Positions 45,963 through 54,464 of a stretch of DNA of 64,000 bases are shown here, one piece after another. A program made the translations under genes and the position numbers. Origin of the DNA: Haliscomenobacteraceae bacterium (GTDB taxonomy: Bacteria > Bacteroidota > Bacteroidia > Chitinophagales > Saprospiraceae); NCBI GenBank assembly GCA_947501115.1, contig CANMVX010000014.1:6511-70510 (forward strand). Direction: 5' to 3'. The notes under the pieces were generated by a model, which worked only from the letters and a program-made list of their open reading frames with translations, was not told where the DNA came from and made no database searches. Numbering within the stretch: the stretch's first letter is position 1; each line of letters starts with the position of its first letter.

Positions 45963-46835
45963 CTAAAGCTTCTCAATTTCTTCCTTCGTCAAACCTGTTG
46001 AAGCAATAATAGTCGCTGTTAAGACGCCCATATCTTTTAGTGATTTTGCTATTTCCAATTTCCCTTCCAATTTCCCTTCGATTTTTCCTTCGATTTTTCC
46101 TTCCAATTTCCCATCACCAAAGGCCGTGTCAAAGGCACCATTCAAATCTCTGAATATTTTCAGACTTTTCTCATAGTTATCCATTTCTACAGAACCCAAA
46201 TTGGCAAGTTCTGCCTTCTCAAACGCCTGATTAAACACTTCGTCTGCGATACTTAGCGGGATAGTCTGGAAATCCTCCAAATGTTTGATAAAATAGAGCC
46301 ACTTATCCAATCTTGTTTCCAACTCAGTTTCCCCCTTATGGAAATTTGGCATCTCAAAATAAATAAAAGTCAATTTCTCGTAAAACGTCTTTCCATTTTG
46401 ATTCTTAAGCTTTATCGTATGTTTAAATTCGTTGGTTTCAGGGTCTAATTTTTGGTTGTCAAAGGTAAAGTCTAAAATACCTATGCAATAAACCGCTTTC
46501 ATATTAAAATCCCAAAATCCTTTTTCCGCTTGTTCCCTGATTGGAAAAGTAGCGTAATAAAGGGTTCTTTCTCTGAAATAATTTTGTTTTGCCTTTTGTA
46601 TCTCCACTATGAATTTTTCCCCCTTTTCGTTCTCGCAATAAATGTCATAGACGGCTCTACGATTTGTGTCAGTCTCTCCCAACTGTTCATTATTCTTAAA
46701 GGTCAGGTCTACAATTTTGTCCGATTCAGGCAAAAGTGAGTTCAGGAAATCCAACAATAAGGGTTTACTGGCCTCTTCCCCGAAGATTTTCTTAAATCCA
46801 AAGTCTGTAAATGGATTTATAAATTTTGCTTTCAT
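45963..46835 (-). CDS. Rpn family recombination-promoting nuclease / PD-(D/E)XK putative transposase, second diverged paralog
   Basis: N-terminal INPFTDFGFKKIFG with core VYDIYCEN...FIVEIQK (D...ExQ). The C-terminal part carries GKLEGKIEGKIEGKLEGKLE repeats. It is in opposite orientation to the copy at 37225. Confidence 0.85.
   Translation of the reverse strand: MKAKFINPFTDFGFKKIFGEEASKPLLLDFLNSLLPESDKIVDLTFKNNEQLGETDTNRRAVYDIYCENEKGEKFIVEIQKAKQNYFRERTLYYATFPIREQAEKGFWDFNMKAVYCIGILDFTFDNQKLDPETNEFKHTIKLKNQNGKTFYEKLTFIYFEMPNFHKGETELETRLDKWLYFIKHLEDFQTIPLSIADEVFNQAFEKAELANLGSVEMDNYEKSLKIFRDLNGAFDTAFGDGKLEGKIEGKIEGKLEGKLEIAKSLKDMGVLTATIIASTGLTKEEIEKL
46053..46112 (-). repeat. In-frame 12-bp tandem repeat, 5 units, encoding (GK[IL]E)5
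   Basis: The plus strand reads TTCCAATTTCCC x2, TTCGATTTTTCC x2, TTCCAATTTCCC x1, all exact 12-mers. Confidence 0.95.
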
Positions 46836-47198
46836 ATTTTGTTTTTACCACCAATTTCCTAGCTATAGTAAACTTACAACTATTTGAGGAGGTATGGCTA
46901 AATAGTGTGGTAAAGGAAGATATGTGTCTTTTTATCTGACTTCAAATAATCAGGTATTTTGTCCCAAAAAAAGCTAAGTTAAATTTGTGTCCTGACGTGG
47001 AAAAGACGATGCGGCAACGCGTCGGCGAAAAGCATTAATAAAAGTACTCTAATTTAAATTCAATGCAGGACTTATCTAATTTCCACCCTCACCTTAGTAT
47101 TTTTCGTGGTAATACGTATCTTTGACACCATGATGTGCGCGTGTTACCGTATTCATACATAAACCCTGTTCGTTCAACTTTTTATCCCTTCAAAGCCC

Positions 47199-48719
47199 AT
47201 GGTTCCTATCGATAAAATCGAGGTGAGGAATTTAAATATCGAGGATTTTTCCGCGCTAATCTCTGACCTGAAATCTTTACCTAACGAGGAGCTGGCAATC
47301 CAATGGACAGAATCCCAAATCAAAAAATTACTTGGCGTTTTTCCTGAAGGCCAAATCGTAGTTCTGGTGAATGGTAAGGTCGTAGGATATTCATTATCCA
47401 TCATTTTGTCGGCCGAGCAGTTGGAAAAAATGCCACATTTTAGAGAGATAACCGGGAATTTTTCCTTTGGTACTCATCAGTACGAAGGAGATTTATTGTA
47501 TGGTCTCGATACGTTTGTCCTACCCAAATTTCGCGGATTACGTCTCGGCCGGAGACTTTCCGATGTTCGAAAGGAATGGTGTGAAGAAAGGAATCTAAGT
47601 GCTATTATCACCTATTCCCGAATGCCCAAACAGGTGGGTGAGTCCTTAAAAAATCCAAAGGATTATATACAGAAAGTAAAATACAAGGAGCTGCAAGACC
47701 CTATTCTGGGATTTCATCTGGCGAATGATTTTCATATTAAAACTATCCTTCCCGACTATTTTTTAGGCGATAAGGAACAGACATTGAGCACAGTTATCCT
47801 GGAATGGAATAATATTTTTTATCAGAAAAGAACCCGGGAAATCAGTTATCGGACCAGTGTGGTCAGGGTTGGACTTATCCAATGGCAAATGCGCTTATTC
47901 CCTTCCATGGATGCGCTTTGTGAACAAATTGAATATTTCGTCGATTCTGTCGCCAGCTACACCTGTGACTTCATGCTATTTCCAGAACTATTCAACGCGC
48001 CTCTTATGGCGGAATTCAATCATCTGAGTGAACCTGAAGCAATTAGGGAGTTATCCGCATTTACCATACCACTGAGAGATAAATTTTTGGAATATGCCGT
48101 TTCCTACAATGTCAATATTGTAACAGGAAGTATGCCTCTGATGGAAAACGGCCAATTGTTAAACGTTGGCTATCTCTGTCGAAGAGATGGAACGTTTGAA
48201 CGCTATGAGAAAATTCATATCACGCCGGCAGAAGTCGATTCCTGGGGCATGGCCGGTGGAAGTAAAATGGAGGTTTTTGATACCGATTCCGGCAAAATTG
48301 CCGTAGCTATCTGTTATGATGTTGAATTTCCTGAAATGTGCCGGATTCTGGCCGACAAAGGGATGCAAATTTTATTCGTTCCCTTTTTGACCGATACTCA
48401 GAACGGATACATGAGGGTTCGTTATTGTGCCCAGGCGAGAGCCATTGAAAACGAATGCTATGTGGTCATGGCAGGTTGTGTAGGCAATTTACCGCAGGTT
48501 CATAATATGGATATACAATATGCTCAATCTGCTGTGCTAACACCGTCAGACTTCGCTTTTCCTTCCAATGCAGTGAAAGGAGAGGCTACGCCAAATACAG
48601 AAATGACCCTTATCGTTGATATTGACCTCGATCTATTGAGAGAATTGCATGAATATGGTAGTGTGCGAAATATGAAAGATCGCCGCTTAGAACTTTACGA
48701 AATAAAACCTCCTGCGTAA
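47199..48719 (+). CDS. Fusion protein: N-terminal GNAT acetyltransferase-like domain + C-terminal carbon-nitrogen hydrolase (nitrilase superfamily)
   Basis: GNAT-like segment (FRGLRLGRRL). The nitrilase triad contexts are FPELF (Glu), YEKIHI (Lys) and AVAICYD (Cys). 506 aa. Confidence 0.8.
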   Translation: MVPIDKIEVRNLNIEDFSALISDLKSLPNEELAIQWTESQIKKLLGVFPEGQIVVLVNGKVVGYSLSIILSAEQLEKMPHFREITGNFSFGTHQYEGDLLYGLDTFVLPKFRGLRLGRRLSDVRKEWCEERNLSAIITYSRMPKQVGESLKNPKDYIQKVKYKELQDPILGFHLANDFHIKTILPDYFLGDKEQTLSTVILEWNNIFYQKRTREISYRTSVVRVGLIQWQMRLFPSMDALCEQIEYFVDSVASYTCDFMLFPELFNAPLMAEFNHLSEPEAIRELSAFTIPLRDKFLEYAVSYNVNIVTGSMPLMENGQLLNVGYLCRRDGTFERYEKIHITPAEVDSWGMAGGSKMEVFDTDSGKIAVAICYDVEFPEMCRILADKGMQILFVPFLTDTQNGYMRVRYCAQARAIENECYVVMAGCVGNLPQVHNMDIQYAQSAVLTPSDFAFPSNAVKGEATPNTEMTLIVDIDLDLLRELHEYGSVRNMKDRRLELYEIKPPA

Positions 48720-48813
48720 TTATTTTTTCCTTATGTGATAAAGGTAACTGAAGTACCTTTTTTATTGGCTCATCTTTGTATTGTATTTAATTCATCACTT
48801 CAATACAAGTACA

Positions 48814-49020
48814 ATGAAACTAAACATGGGATCCACCGACAAGATGATTAGACTCATTGTCGCTGCAGTTATTTCCGGCTTATTGATTGGAAATGTCATT
48901 TCTGGTATTTTCGGCTATGTTTTGCTCGCATTCGCCGCCGTCTTTGTACTCACTAGTTTTGTGAGTTTCTGCCCATTGTATCTTCCCTTTGGCATTTCAA
49001 CGAGAAAAAAAGACCAGTAA
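48814..49020 (+). CDS. DUF2892 (YgaP-like) small membrane protein
   Basis: MKLNMGSTDKMIRLIVA...SFCPLYLPFGIST matches the DUF2892 pattern with the conserved CPLY. I chose the ATG at 48814 over the TTG at 48781. Confidence 0.7.
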   Translation: MKLNMGSTDKMIRLIVAAVISGLLIGNVISGIFGYVLLAFAAVFVLTSFVSFCPLYLPFGISTRKKDQ

Positions 49021-49031
49021 ATCCGACGACC

Positions 49032-49235
49032 ATGCCTTTTTTACAAACACATAAACTAACTATTATAGGGGTATTGATAGGCGCTGTTGGTGGATACTTA
49101 TACTATTATCATATTGGATGCGTATCCGGCACTTGTCTTATCACCTCAAAACCATTAAACAGCACCCTTTACGGTTCAGTTATGGGTGGCTTATTCTTAA
49201 ACATGTTTCAAAAGGAAAATACTAAACAATCATAA
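49032..49235 (+). CDS. Small two-TM protein with a GCVSGTC motif (resembles DUF6132 family)
   Basis: 67 aa. LTIIGVLIGAVGGYLYYYHIGCVSGTCLITSKP resembles the small Bacteroidota proteins that accompany rhodanese genes. Confidence 0.55.
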   Translation: MPFLQTHKLTIIGVLIGAVGGYLYYYHIGCVSGTCLITSKPLNSTLYGSVMGGLFLNMFQKENTKQS

Positions 49236-49236
49236 C

Positions 49237-49521
49237 ATGACTTTGCAAAACATTTTAAAAGAGAAAAAAGGAACTATTGTAGATGTTCGTTCTCCAGAAG
49301 AATTTATGGGTGGAAATGTAGTGGGATCCATAAATATTCCCCTACAGGAAATTCCACAACGTTTGGAAGAATTAAAAACATTGAGCCAGCCACTTATTCT
49401 GTGTTGTGCCTCAGGTATGCGCAGTGGACAGGCTCATGGATTTCTGAATCAACAAGGTATTACTTGTTTGAATGGCGGAGGTTGGACCGATGTGAATTAT
49501 TATCAAGCGCAAGCTAACTAA
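49237..49521 (+). CDS. Single-domain rhodanese-like sulfurtransferase
   Basis: 94 aa with the active-site loop CCASGMRSG. Confidence 0.85.
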   Translation: MTLQNILKEKKGTIVDVRSPEEFMGGNVVGSINIPLQEIPQRLEELKTLSQPLILCCASGMRSGQAHGFLNQQGITCLNGGGWTDVNYYQAQAN

Positions 49522-49532
49522 ATCTATTTATC

Positions 49533-50000
49533 ATGGATGCTCATTATTATCATGTAGATGTAAACTGGCAAGTTGATCGCAAAGGATCCTTGTGCTCCCC
49601 TGAATTATCAAAAGAAAATGGACCATGTATCGAGGTGGCAACACCTCCTGAATTTCCTAAAGGCATGCCAGGTATCTGGTCTCCTGAACATTTGTTTACA
49701 GCCGCTGTAAGCAGTTGCCTGATGACTACCTTTTTGGCCATCGCCGAAAATTCCAAACTTAATTATGGAAGTTTCAGCTGCCCGGCAAAGGGTAAATTGG
49801 AACAGGTAGATGGTAAATTCATGATGAGTGAAGTGACACTTTCTCCTACGGTTACCATTTTTGATGAAAAAGATGAGGTTAAAGCGTTAAGAATTTTAGA
49901 AAAATCGGAAGCTGCCTGTCTTATTTCAAATTCAGTGACATCGAAAATAATAATGATACCCACCGTTAAAACTATAATGCATGAAGGAGTTGTGGCTTAG
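49533..50000 (+). CDS. OsmC/Ohr family peroxiredoxin-like protein
   Basis: 155 aa with two conserved Cys contexts (AVSSCLMTTF and EAACLISNS). Confidence 0.8.
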   Translation: MDAHYYHVDVNWQVDRKGSLCSPELSKENGPCIEVATPPEFPKGMPGIWSPEHLFTAAVSSCLMTTFLAIAENSKLNYGSFSCPAKGKLEQVDGKFMMSEVTLSPTVTIFDEKDEVKALRILEKSEAACLISNSVTSKIIMIPTVKTIMHEGVVA

Positions 50001-50205
50001 AATATCCACTCAGTGGACAATTATCCGGGTATTTTATTTGTTAACCGGCTTATTTATCGCTTCTCAAGCGTTCATAGAAGGTCAATGGTTTGGCGCCATA
50101 TTTGGCATCTACTTTACCTCCATGGGCTTATTTGCCTTCGGTTGTGCCTCCGGTGCCTGCTTTTCAGGCGCTTGTGAAAAGCCAACCGTTTACAAAGCAG
50201 ATTAA
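49981..50205 (+). CDS. Small hypothetical membrane protein with a C-terminal GCASGACFSGAC motif
   Basis: 74 aa with two hydrophobic helices. It overlaps the OsmC gene by 20 nt. I recognise no family, and the coding call rests on context and the Cys motif. Confidence 0.4.
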   Translation: MKELWLRISTQWTIIRVFYLLTGLFIASQAFIEGQWFGAIFGIYFTSMGLFAFGCASGACFSGACEKPTVYKAD

Positions 50206-50347
50206 TTAAAGCGTCCGAAAGATAGTATTTCAAGTGATTATTTCGCCTGACATGCTGTCTTTTCGGACACTTTTCATTTATACAAGAAAAAAATAGAGAA
50301 TATACTTATATTTAGAGAACGCAAATTTCTCATTAAGTATATTTCCA

Positions 50348-51973
50348 ATGCTAAGAACCATTCCTACACCTATCTTCCTTCTCTTTTTTCTATGCTTTTT
50401 TGCAAAAAATGCAATGGCTCAAAATAGAGATATTAGTTACATGTCCTCAGGTGGCAAATTACACCCGCTTCAGGCAAATATGGACATCAGACATTATACC
50501 ATCATTCTGGATGTGGATATTGATAAAAAAACGATTTTCGGTTCCACAGAAATAGATATGATTCTATCTAAACCCTCAGATACTATCTTATTGGATCTGG
50601 TGTACCTGCTGAAAATTGAAAAAGTTAAAGCCAATGACAAACCAGTCAATTTTCAACATGTAAAAGATAAAATTTATATCACATCCACCAGCCCATTTCA
50701 GGCTGGAAAACAGAAAATCACCATTTTTTATGGTGGAGAACCTCCCGTTGCCGTTAAACCTCCCTGGTTTGGCGGATTTACCTGGACAAAAGACAGAAGC
50801 GGAAATCCCTGGGTAGCCATTAATTGTCAAAAGGAAGGAGGCCGTCTTTATTTTCCTTGTAAAGATCATCCGAGTGACGAACCTAACGAAGGGGTAGATT
50901 TGTTCATTACCGTTCCCGCTTCCCTGGTGGTCGCTGGTCCTGGTCTTTTGATGGACGTGAAGACCAAAAAAGAAAAGAAAACATTCCACTGGAAAACAAA
51001 TTATACCATCAGTAATTATTGCATTCTATTTAATATTGGCAAATACGAAGTGATTAGCAAAGATTATAAAACCATTGATGGAAATATAGTACCCATCCAA
51101 TATTATGTTTTGCAAGAAGACACCGCTCAGGCGAAAAAAATCATTGAGCTGAAGGAGAGGGATTCCAGAGTATTAGAAAAATATTTCGGCGAATATCCAT
51201 GGGTTAAGGAAAAAATTGGCATTGCCGCTGTCCCAAATCCTGGTATGGAACACCAAACCATGATTACTTTCCAAAACAAATTTGATTACACTGACATTGG
51301 AGGTCAGCCCTACTCCGCCAACTTGTTTCACGAATATGCCCATGAATGGTTTGCCAATAAAGTGACCAATAAAGACTGGGCGCACATGTGGATTCAGGAA
51401 GGTATTGCCACTTACGCAGAAGCATTAATACACTTTGAACTTGGCGGTCAGGCAGCTTATGATGACCTTATAAACAGACATCGACGATCCATAAGAGCTA
51501 AAAAACCTATGGTTGGCGCTGAGGAATTATCAGAAGACGAAACGTATAATGGAAATGATATTTATACGAAAGGATCCTTTTTCATGCACTCCCTGAGATA
51601 TGTATTGGGCGATGAGATTTTTCTTCCAACGTTAAAAAAATTAGCCACTGATCCTAAATATACCTATGATCAATTTGTCACTACTCAAGATGTGGAACAA
51701 CTGTTCAGCATGGAGGCAAAACAAGACCTGAAACCATTATTTGATTTTTATACCCGCACAAACGATGTCCTTGATATCGCCGTAAAAGAAGTGGGTGCGA
51801 GTAAATTTACCATCAAATTAAATAACTTTTTCATGGCCCTACCCATGGATATCACTACGGAAAAAGGAACGACAAAAATGCTTATTCCAAAGGAAGGTAT
51901 CACCGTTCAAAGCGCTTTTCCCCCACAGGTGGATTTGAAAAATAATTATCTCAAAAAAATAAGCATTCAGTAA
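50348..51973 (+). CDS. M1 family metallopeptidase (aminopeptidase N-like), secreted
   Basis: Signal peptide, PGMEHQ exopeptidase-like motif, HEYAHEW zinc motif and downstream WIQEGIATY Glu ligand. Confidence 0.9.
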   Translation: MLRTIPTPIFLLFFLCFFAKNAMAQNRDISYMSSGGKLHPLQANMDIRHYTIILDVDIDKKTIFGSTEIDMILSKPSDTILLDLVYLLKIEKVKANDKPVNFQHVKDKIYITSTSPFQAGKQKITIFYGGEPPVAVKPPWFGGFTWTKDRSGNPWVAINCQKEGGRLYFPCKDHPSDEPNEGVDLFITVPASLVVAGPGLLMDVKTKKEKKTFHWKTNYTISNYCILFNIGKYEVISKDYKTIDGNIVPIQYYVLQEDTAQAKKIIELKERDSRVLEKYFGEYPWVKEKIGIAAVPNPGMEHQTMITFQNKFDYTDIGGQPYSANLFHEYAHEWFANKVTNKDWAHMWIQEGIATYAEALIHFELGGQAAYDDLINRHRRSIRAKKPMVGAEELSEDETYNGNDIYTKGSFFMHSLRYVLGDEIFLPTLKKLATDPKYTYDQFVTTQDVEQLFSMEAKQDLKPLFDFYTRTNDVLDIAVKEVGASKFTIKLNNFFMALPMDITTEKGTTKMLIPKEGITVQSAFPPQVDLKNNYLKKISIQ

Positions 51974-53604
51974 TGAAGTTATATCATGCGCTTATTTATC
52001 TGTTTTTACTCAGTGGAAGCACCCTGGTTTATGCAGATAAATATCCTAAAAATCACAACATTGATATCATACATTATAAGTTTGAACTGAGCTTATCTGA
52101 TCAGTCAGACGAAATAATGGGTAAAGCCTCGCTACACATTTTATTTAAAACAGACGATTCAAAGAAAATCAGGCTGGATTTAATTAACAAAACGGACGCG
52201 AGAAAAGGTAAAGGAATGGCTATTGACTCCATTTATAGCCCGCATCATAAAATAAAATACACCCATTCAAATGATGAGGTATTCTTGTTTTTTGATACCC
52301 CTCCCGAAAAAGATGAAAAGCTTGAAATAAGCATTGTATATCGGGGAATCCCTGCGGGAGGTTTGAAAATTGGCCCCACCAAATATGGACAGCGCAGTTT
52401 TTTCAATGAAAACTGGCCGAATCTGGCGCGCCACTGGCTACCTTCTATTGACCATCCTTATGATAAGGCAACCAGTGAATTTTTAGTAAAAGCCCCCTCA
52501 AAATACAAAGTGGTATCCAATGGATTATTGCAGGAAGAAACCCATTTGGACAAATCATTTACGCTGACCCATTGGAAACAATCTGTGCCAGTGTCTCCCT
52601 GGTTATTTGTTTTAGGCGTTGCCGAATTTGCCGTTCAAATGGTGGACGAATTCGAGGGAAAATCCATTCAAACCTGGGTATATCCTCAAGACAGAGAAAA
52701 AGGATTCATCGATTTCTCCTATCCAACCAAAGATGCTCTGTCCTTCTTTTCCTCTTATGTAGGTCCATTTGCTTATGAAAAGCTGGCAAATATTCAAGCA
52801 GCAAGCGTTGGAGGTGGTATGGAAACCTCCTCTGCTATCTTTTATGGAGAAAATTTGATAACAGGCAAACCAGATAATAAAAGACTACAGGATGTAGTCA
52901 TACATGAATTGGCGCATCAATGGTTTGGCAATGCGGTGACGGAATCTACCTGGGACGATGCCTGGTTAAGTGAAGGTTTTGCCACTTATTTCACCTTGCT
53001 CTATCAGGAACATGCTTATGGTTACCAGGAGTATATCAATGGCTTAAAACTGGCAAAAAGACGTGTAGATAATTACACAAAAACGGATTCCACTTTTAGC
53101 ATTATCAGTGACCGCACAGCAGAAAGTGGCATTGTGACAAATACACTGACTTATCAAAAAGGAGCCTGGATCTTACACATGTTACGACATAAAATAGGTC
53201 ATGTTGCTTTTAAAAATGGCATTCAGGCGTATTACAAAAAATATTTTAACGGTACGGCTACCACCGATGATTTCAGGGCAGAGATGGAAAAATCTTCCCA
53301 AAAAGATTTAAAGACCTTTTTTCAGCAATGGCTTTATCAACCTGATCCATTAAAAATAAAAACATCTTATGTTTACGATGAAACCTTGAAAGAACTTCAA
53401 TTAAAAATCGAACAGATACAGTCTTCCGGTATTATTTTTGAATTTCCTCTTGAGCTGGAAGTGTATAATCCACTGCTGAATGGTACCGCCTTCCATGAAT
53501 TTGAGATAAAAGAAAAGACAACGCTTTTGAAAATTCCGATGAAACTTGCCCCTGGTGGATTGAAATTTGATCCGAGAAGCATTCTCCTGGCTGAATTTTT
53601 TTAA
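51973..53604 (+). CDS. M1 family metallopeptidase, second tandem paralog, secreted
   Basis: Signal peptide, GGMET, HELAHQWFGN and WLSEGFATY. Its ATG overlaps the previous TAA by 1 nt (TAATG). Confidence 0.9.
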   Translation: MKLYHALIYLFLLSGSTLVYADKYPKNHNIDIIHYKFELSLSDQSDEIMGKASLHILFKTDDSKKIRLDLINKTDARKGKGMAIDSIYSPHHKIKYTHSNDEVFLFFDTPPEKDEKLEISIVYRGIPAGGLKIGPTKYGQRSFFNENWPNLARHWLPSIDHPYDKATSEFLVKAPSKYKVVSNGLLQEETHLDKSFTLTHWKQSVPVSPWLFVLGVAEFAVQMVDEFEGKSIQTWVYPQDREKGFIDFSYPTKDALSFFSSYVGPFAYEKLANIQAASVGGGMETSSAIFYGENLITGKPDNKRLQDVVIHELAHQWFGNAVTESTWDDAWLSEGFATYFTLLYQEHAYGYQEYINGLKLAKRRVDNYTKTDSTFSIISDRTAESGIVTNTLTYQKGAWILHMLRHKIGHVAFKNGIQAYYKKYFNGTATTDDFRAEMEKSSQKDLKTFFQQWLYQPDPLKIKTSYVYDETLKELQLKIEQIQSSGIIFEFPLELEVYNPLLNGTAFHEFEIKEKTTLLKIPMKLAPGGLKFDPRSILLAEFF

Positions 53605-53695
53605 GTTTATTTTCTGACAAATCATTATGACTTCTATTTTGATAATACCCTAAATTTATCACTTGAAATTATTTACTTTACAAAAAAATCAACCT

Positions 53696-54454
53696 ATGAC
53701 CCGAATGATTGGCATGATAGCCACCCTCCTGTTTTTACATATCCATGTAAATTCAACTGCACAAAATGCAGATAACCGATATTTTGAAATGCGCACTTAC
53801 ACTTGCCATCCTGAAAAAAGACCTGACCTCATCAAACGATTTCAGGATCATACCCTCCGGCTTTTAAAAAAGCATGATATTGACAACGTGGCTTATTTTT
53901 TACCCACTAAGGAAGATGCTTATTCGCTCACTTTCATTTTAGGATATCCGACACAAGAAATGAGAGATAAACTATGGAACGAATTTGGCGCTGACCCAAA
54001 ATGGAAAAAAGCAGCGGCGAAATCGGAGGCGAATGGTAAATTGGTAGCGAAAGTAGATCAGACTTTTTTAAAAATGGTTCCTGAATTAACTACGGCTATT
54101 TCTCCAAATACGGTAGCTTTAAATCAGGTTTTTGAGTTAAGGACTTACACCTGTTTGCCAAATCGTCTTCCGGCATTGAAAGCCAGATTCAGGGATCATA
54201 CCCGTGCTTTATTCGAAAAGCATGGTATGAAAAATGTGGTATATTGGGAGAGCGTTGAAAAGGATGGAACTCAGCCTAAATTGATTTATTTATTATCCCA
54301 TAGCAGTGAAGCTGCGGCAAAAGCGTCTTTTGATGCCTTCCGTATTGACCCTGAATGGATTAAAGCCAGTACTAACTCAGAATTAGATGGTAAAATTGTA
54401 CAGAAAGTTGAATCTGTATTCCTAAAACCACTCCCCTTTTCCCCTTTAAAATAA
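53696..54454 (+). CDS. Tandem NIPSNAP-domain protein with a signal peptide
   Basis: There are two NIPSNAP repeats (YFEMRTYTCHPEKRPDLIKRFQDH and VFELRTYTCLPNRLPALKARFRDH). The N-terminal signal is MTRMIGMIATLLFLHIHVNSTAQ. I chose the ATG at 53696 over the TTG at 53663. Confidence 0.8.
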   Translation: MTRMIGMIATLLFLHIHVNSTAQNADNRYFEMRTYTCHPEKRPDLIKRFQDHTLRLLKKHDIDNVAYFLPTKEDAYSLTFILGYPTQEMRDKLWNEFGADPKWKKAAAKSEANGKLVAKVDQTFLKMVPELTTAISPNTVALNQVFELRTYTCLPNRLPALKARFRDHTRALFEKHGMKNVVYWESVEKDGTQPKLIYLLSHSSEAAAKASFDAFRIDPEWIKASTNSELDGKIVQKVESVFLKPLPFSPLK

Positions 54455-54464
54455 ATATCTAATA

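Noticed and set aside
37225-46835. Calling the Rpn-bracketed segment a defined composite transposon (mobile_element feature).
   Set aside because: I could not find terminal inverted repeats or target-site duplications by eye, and the two Rpn genes are strongly diverged. I keep it as a hypothesis in the findings, not as an annotated element.
50213-50268. The inverted repeat GTCCGAAA ... TTTCGGAC with a 40-nt loop after the sulfur cluster, as a terminator.
   Set aside because: The stem is short (8 bp), the loop is very large and the trailing T-run is weak. It could be chance in AT-rich DNA.
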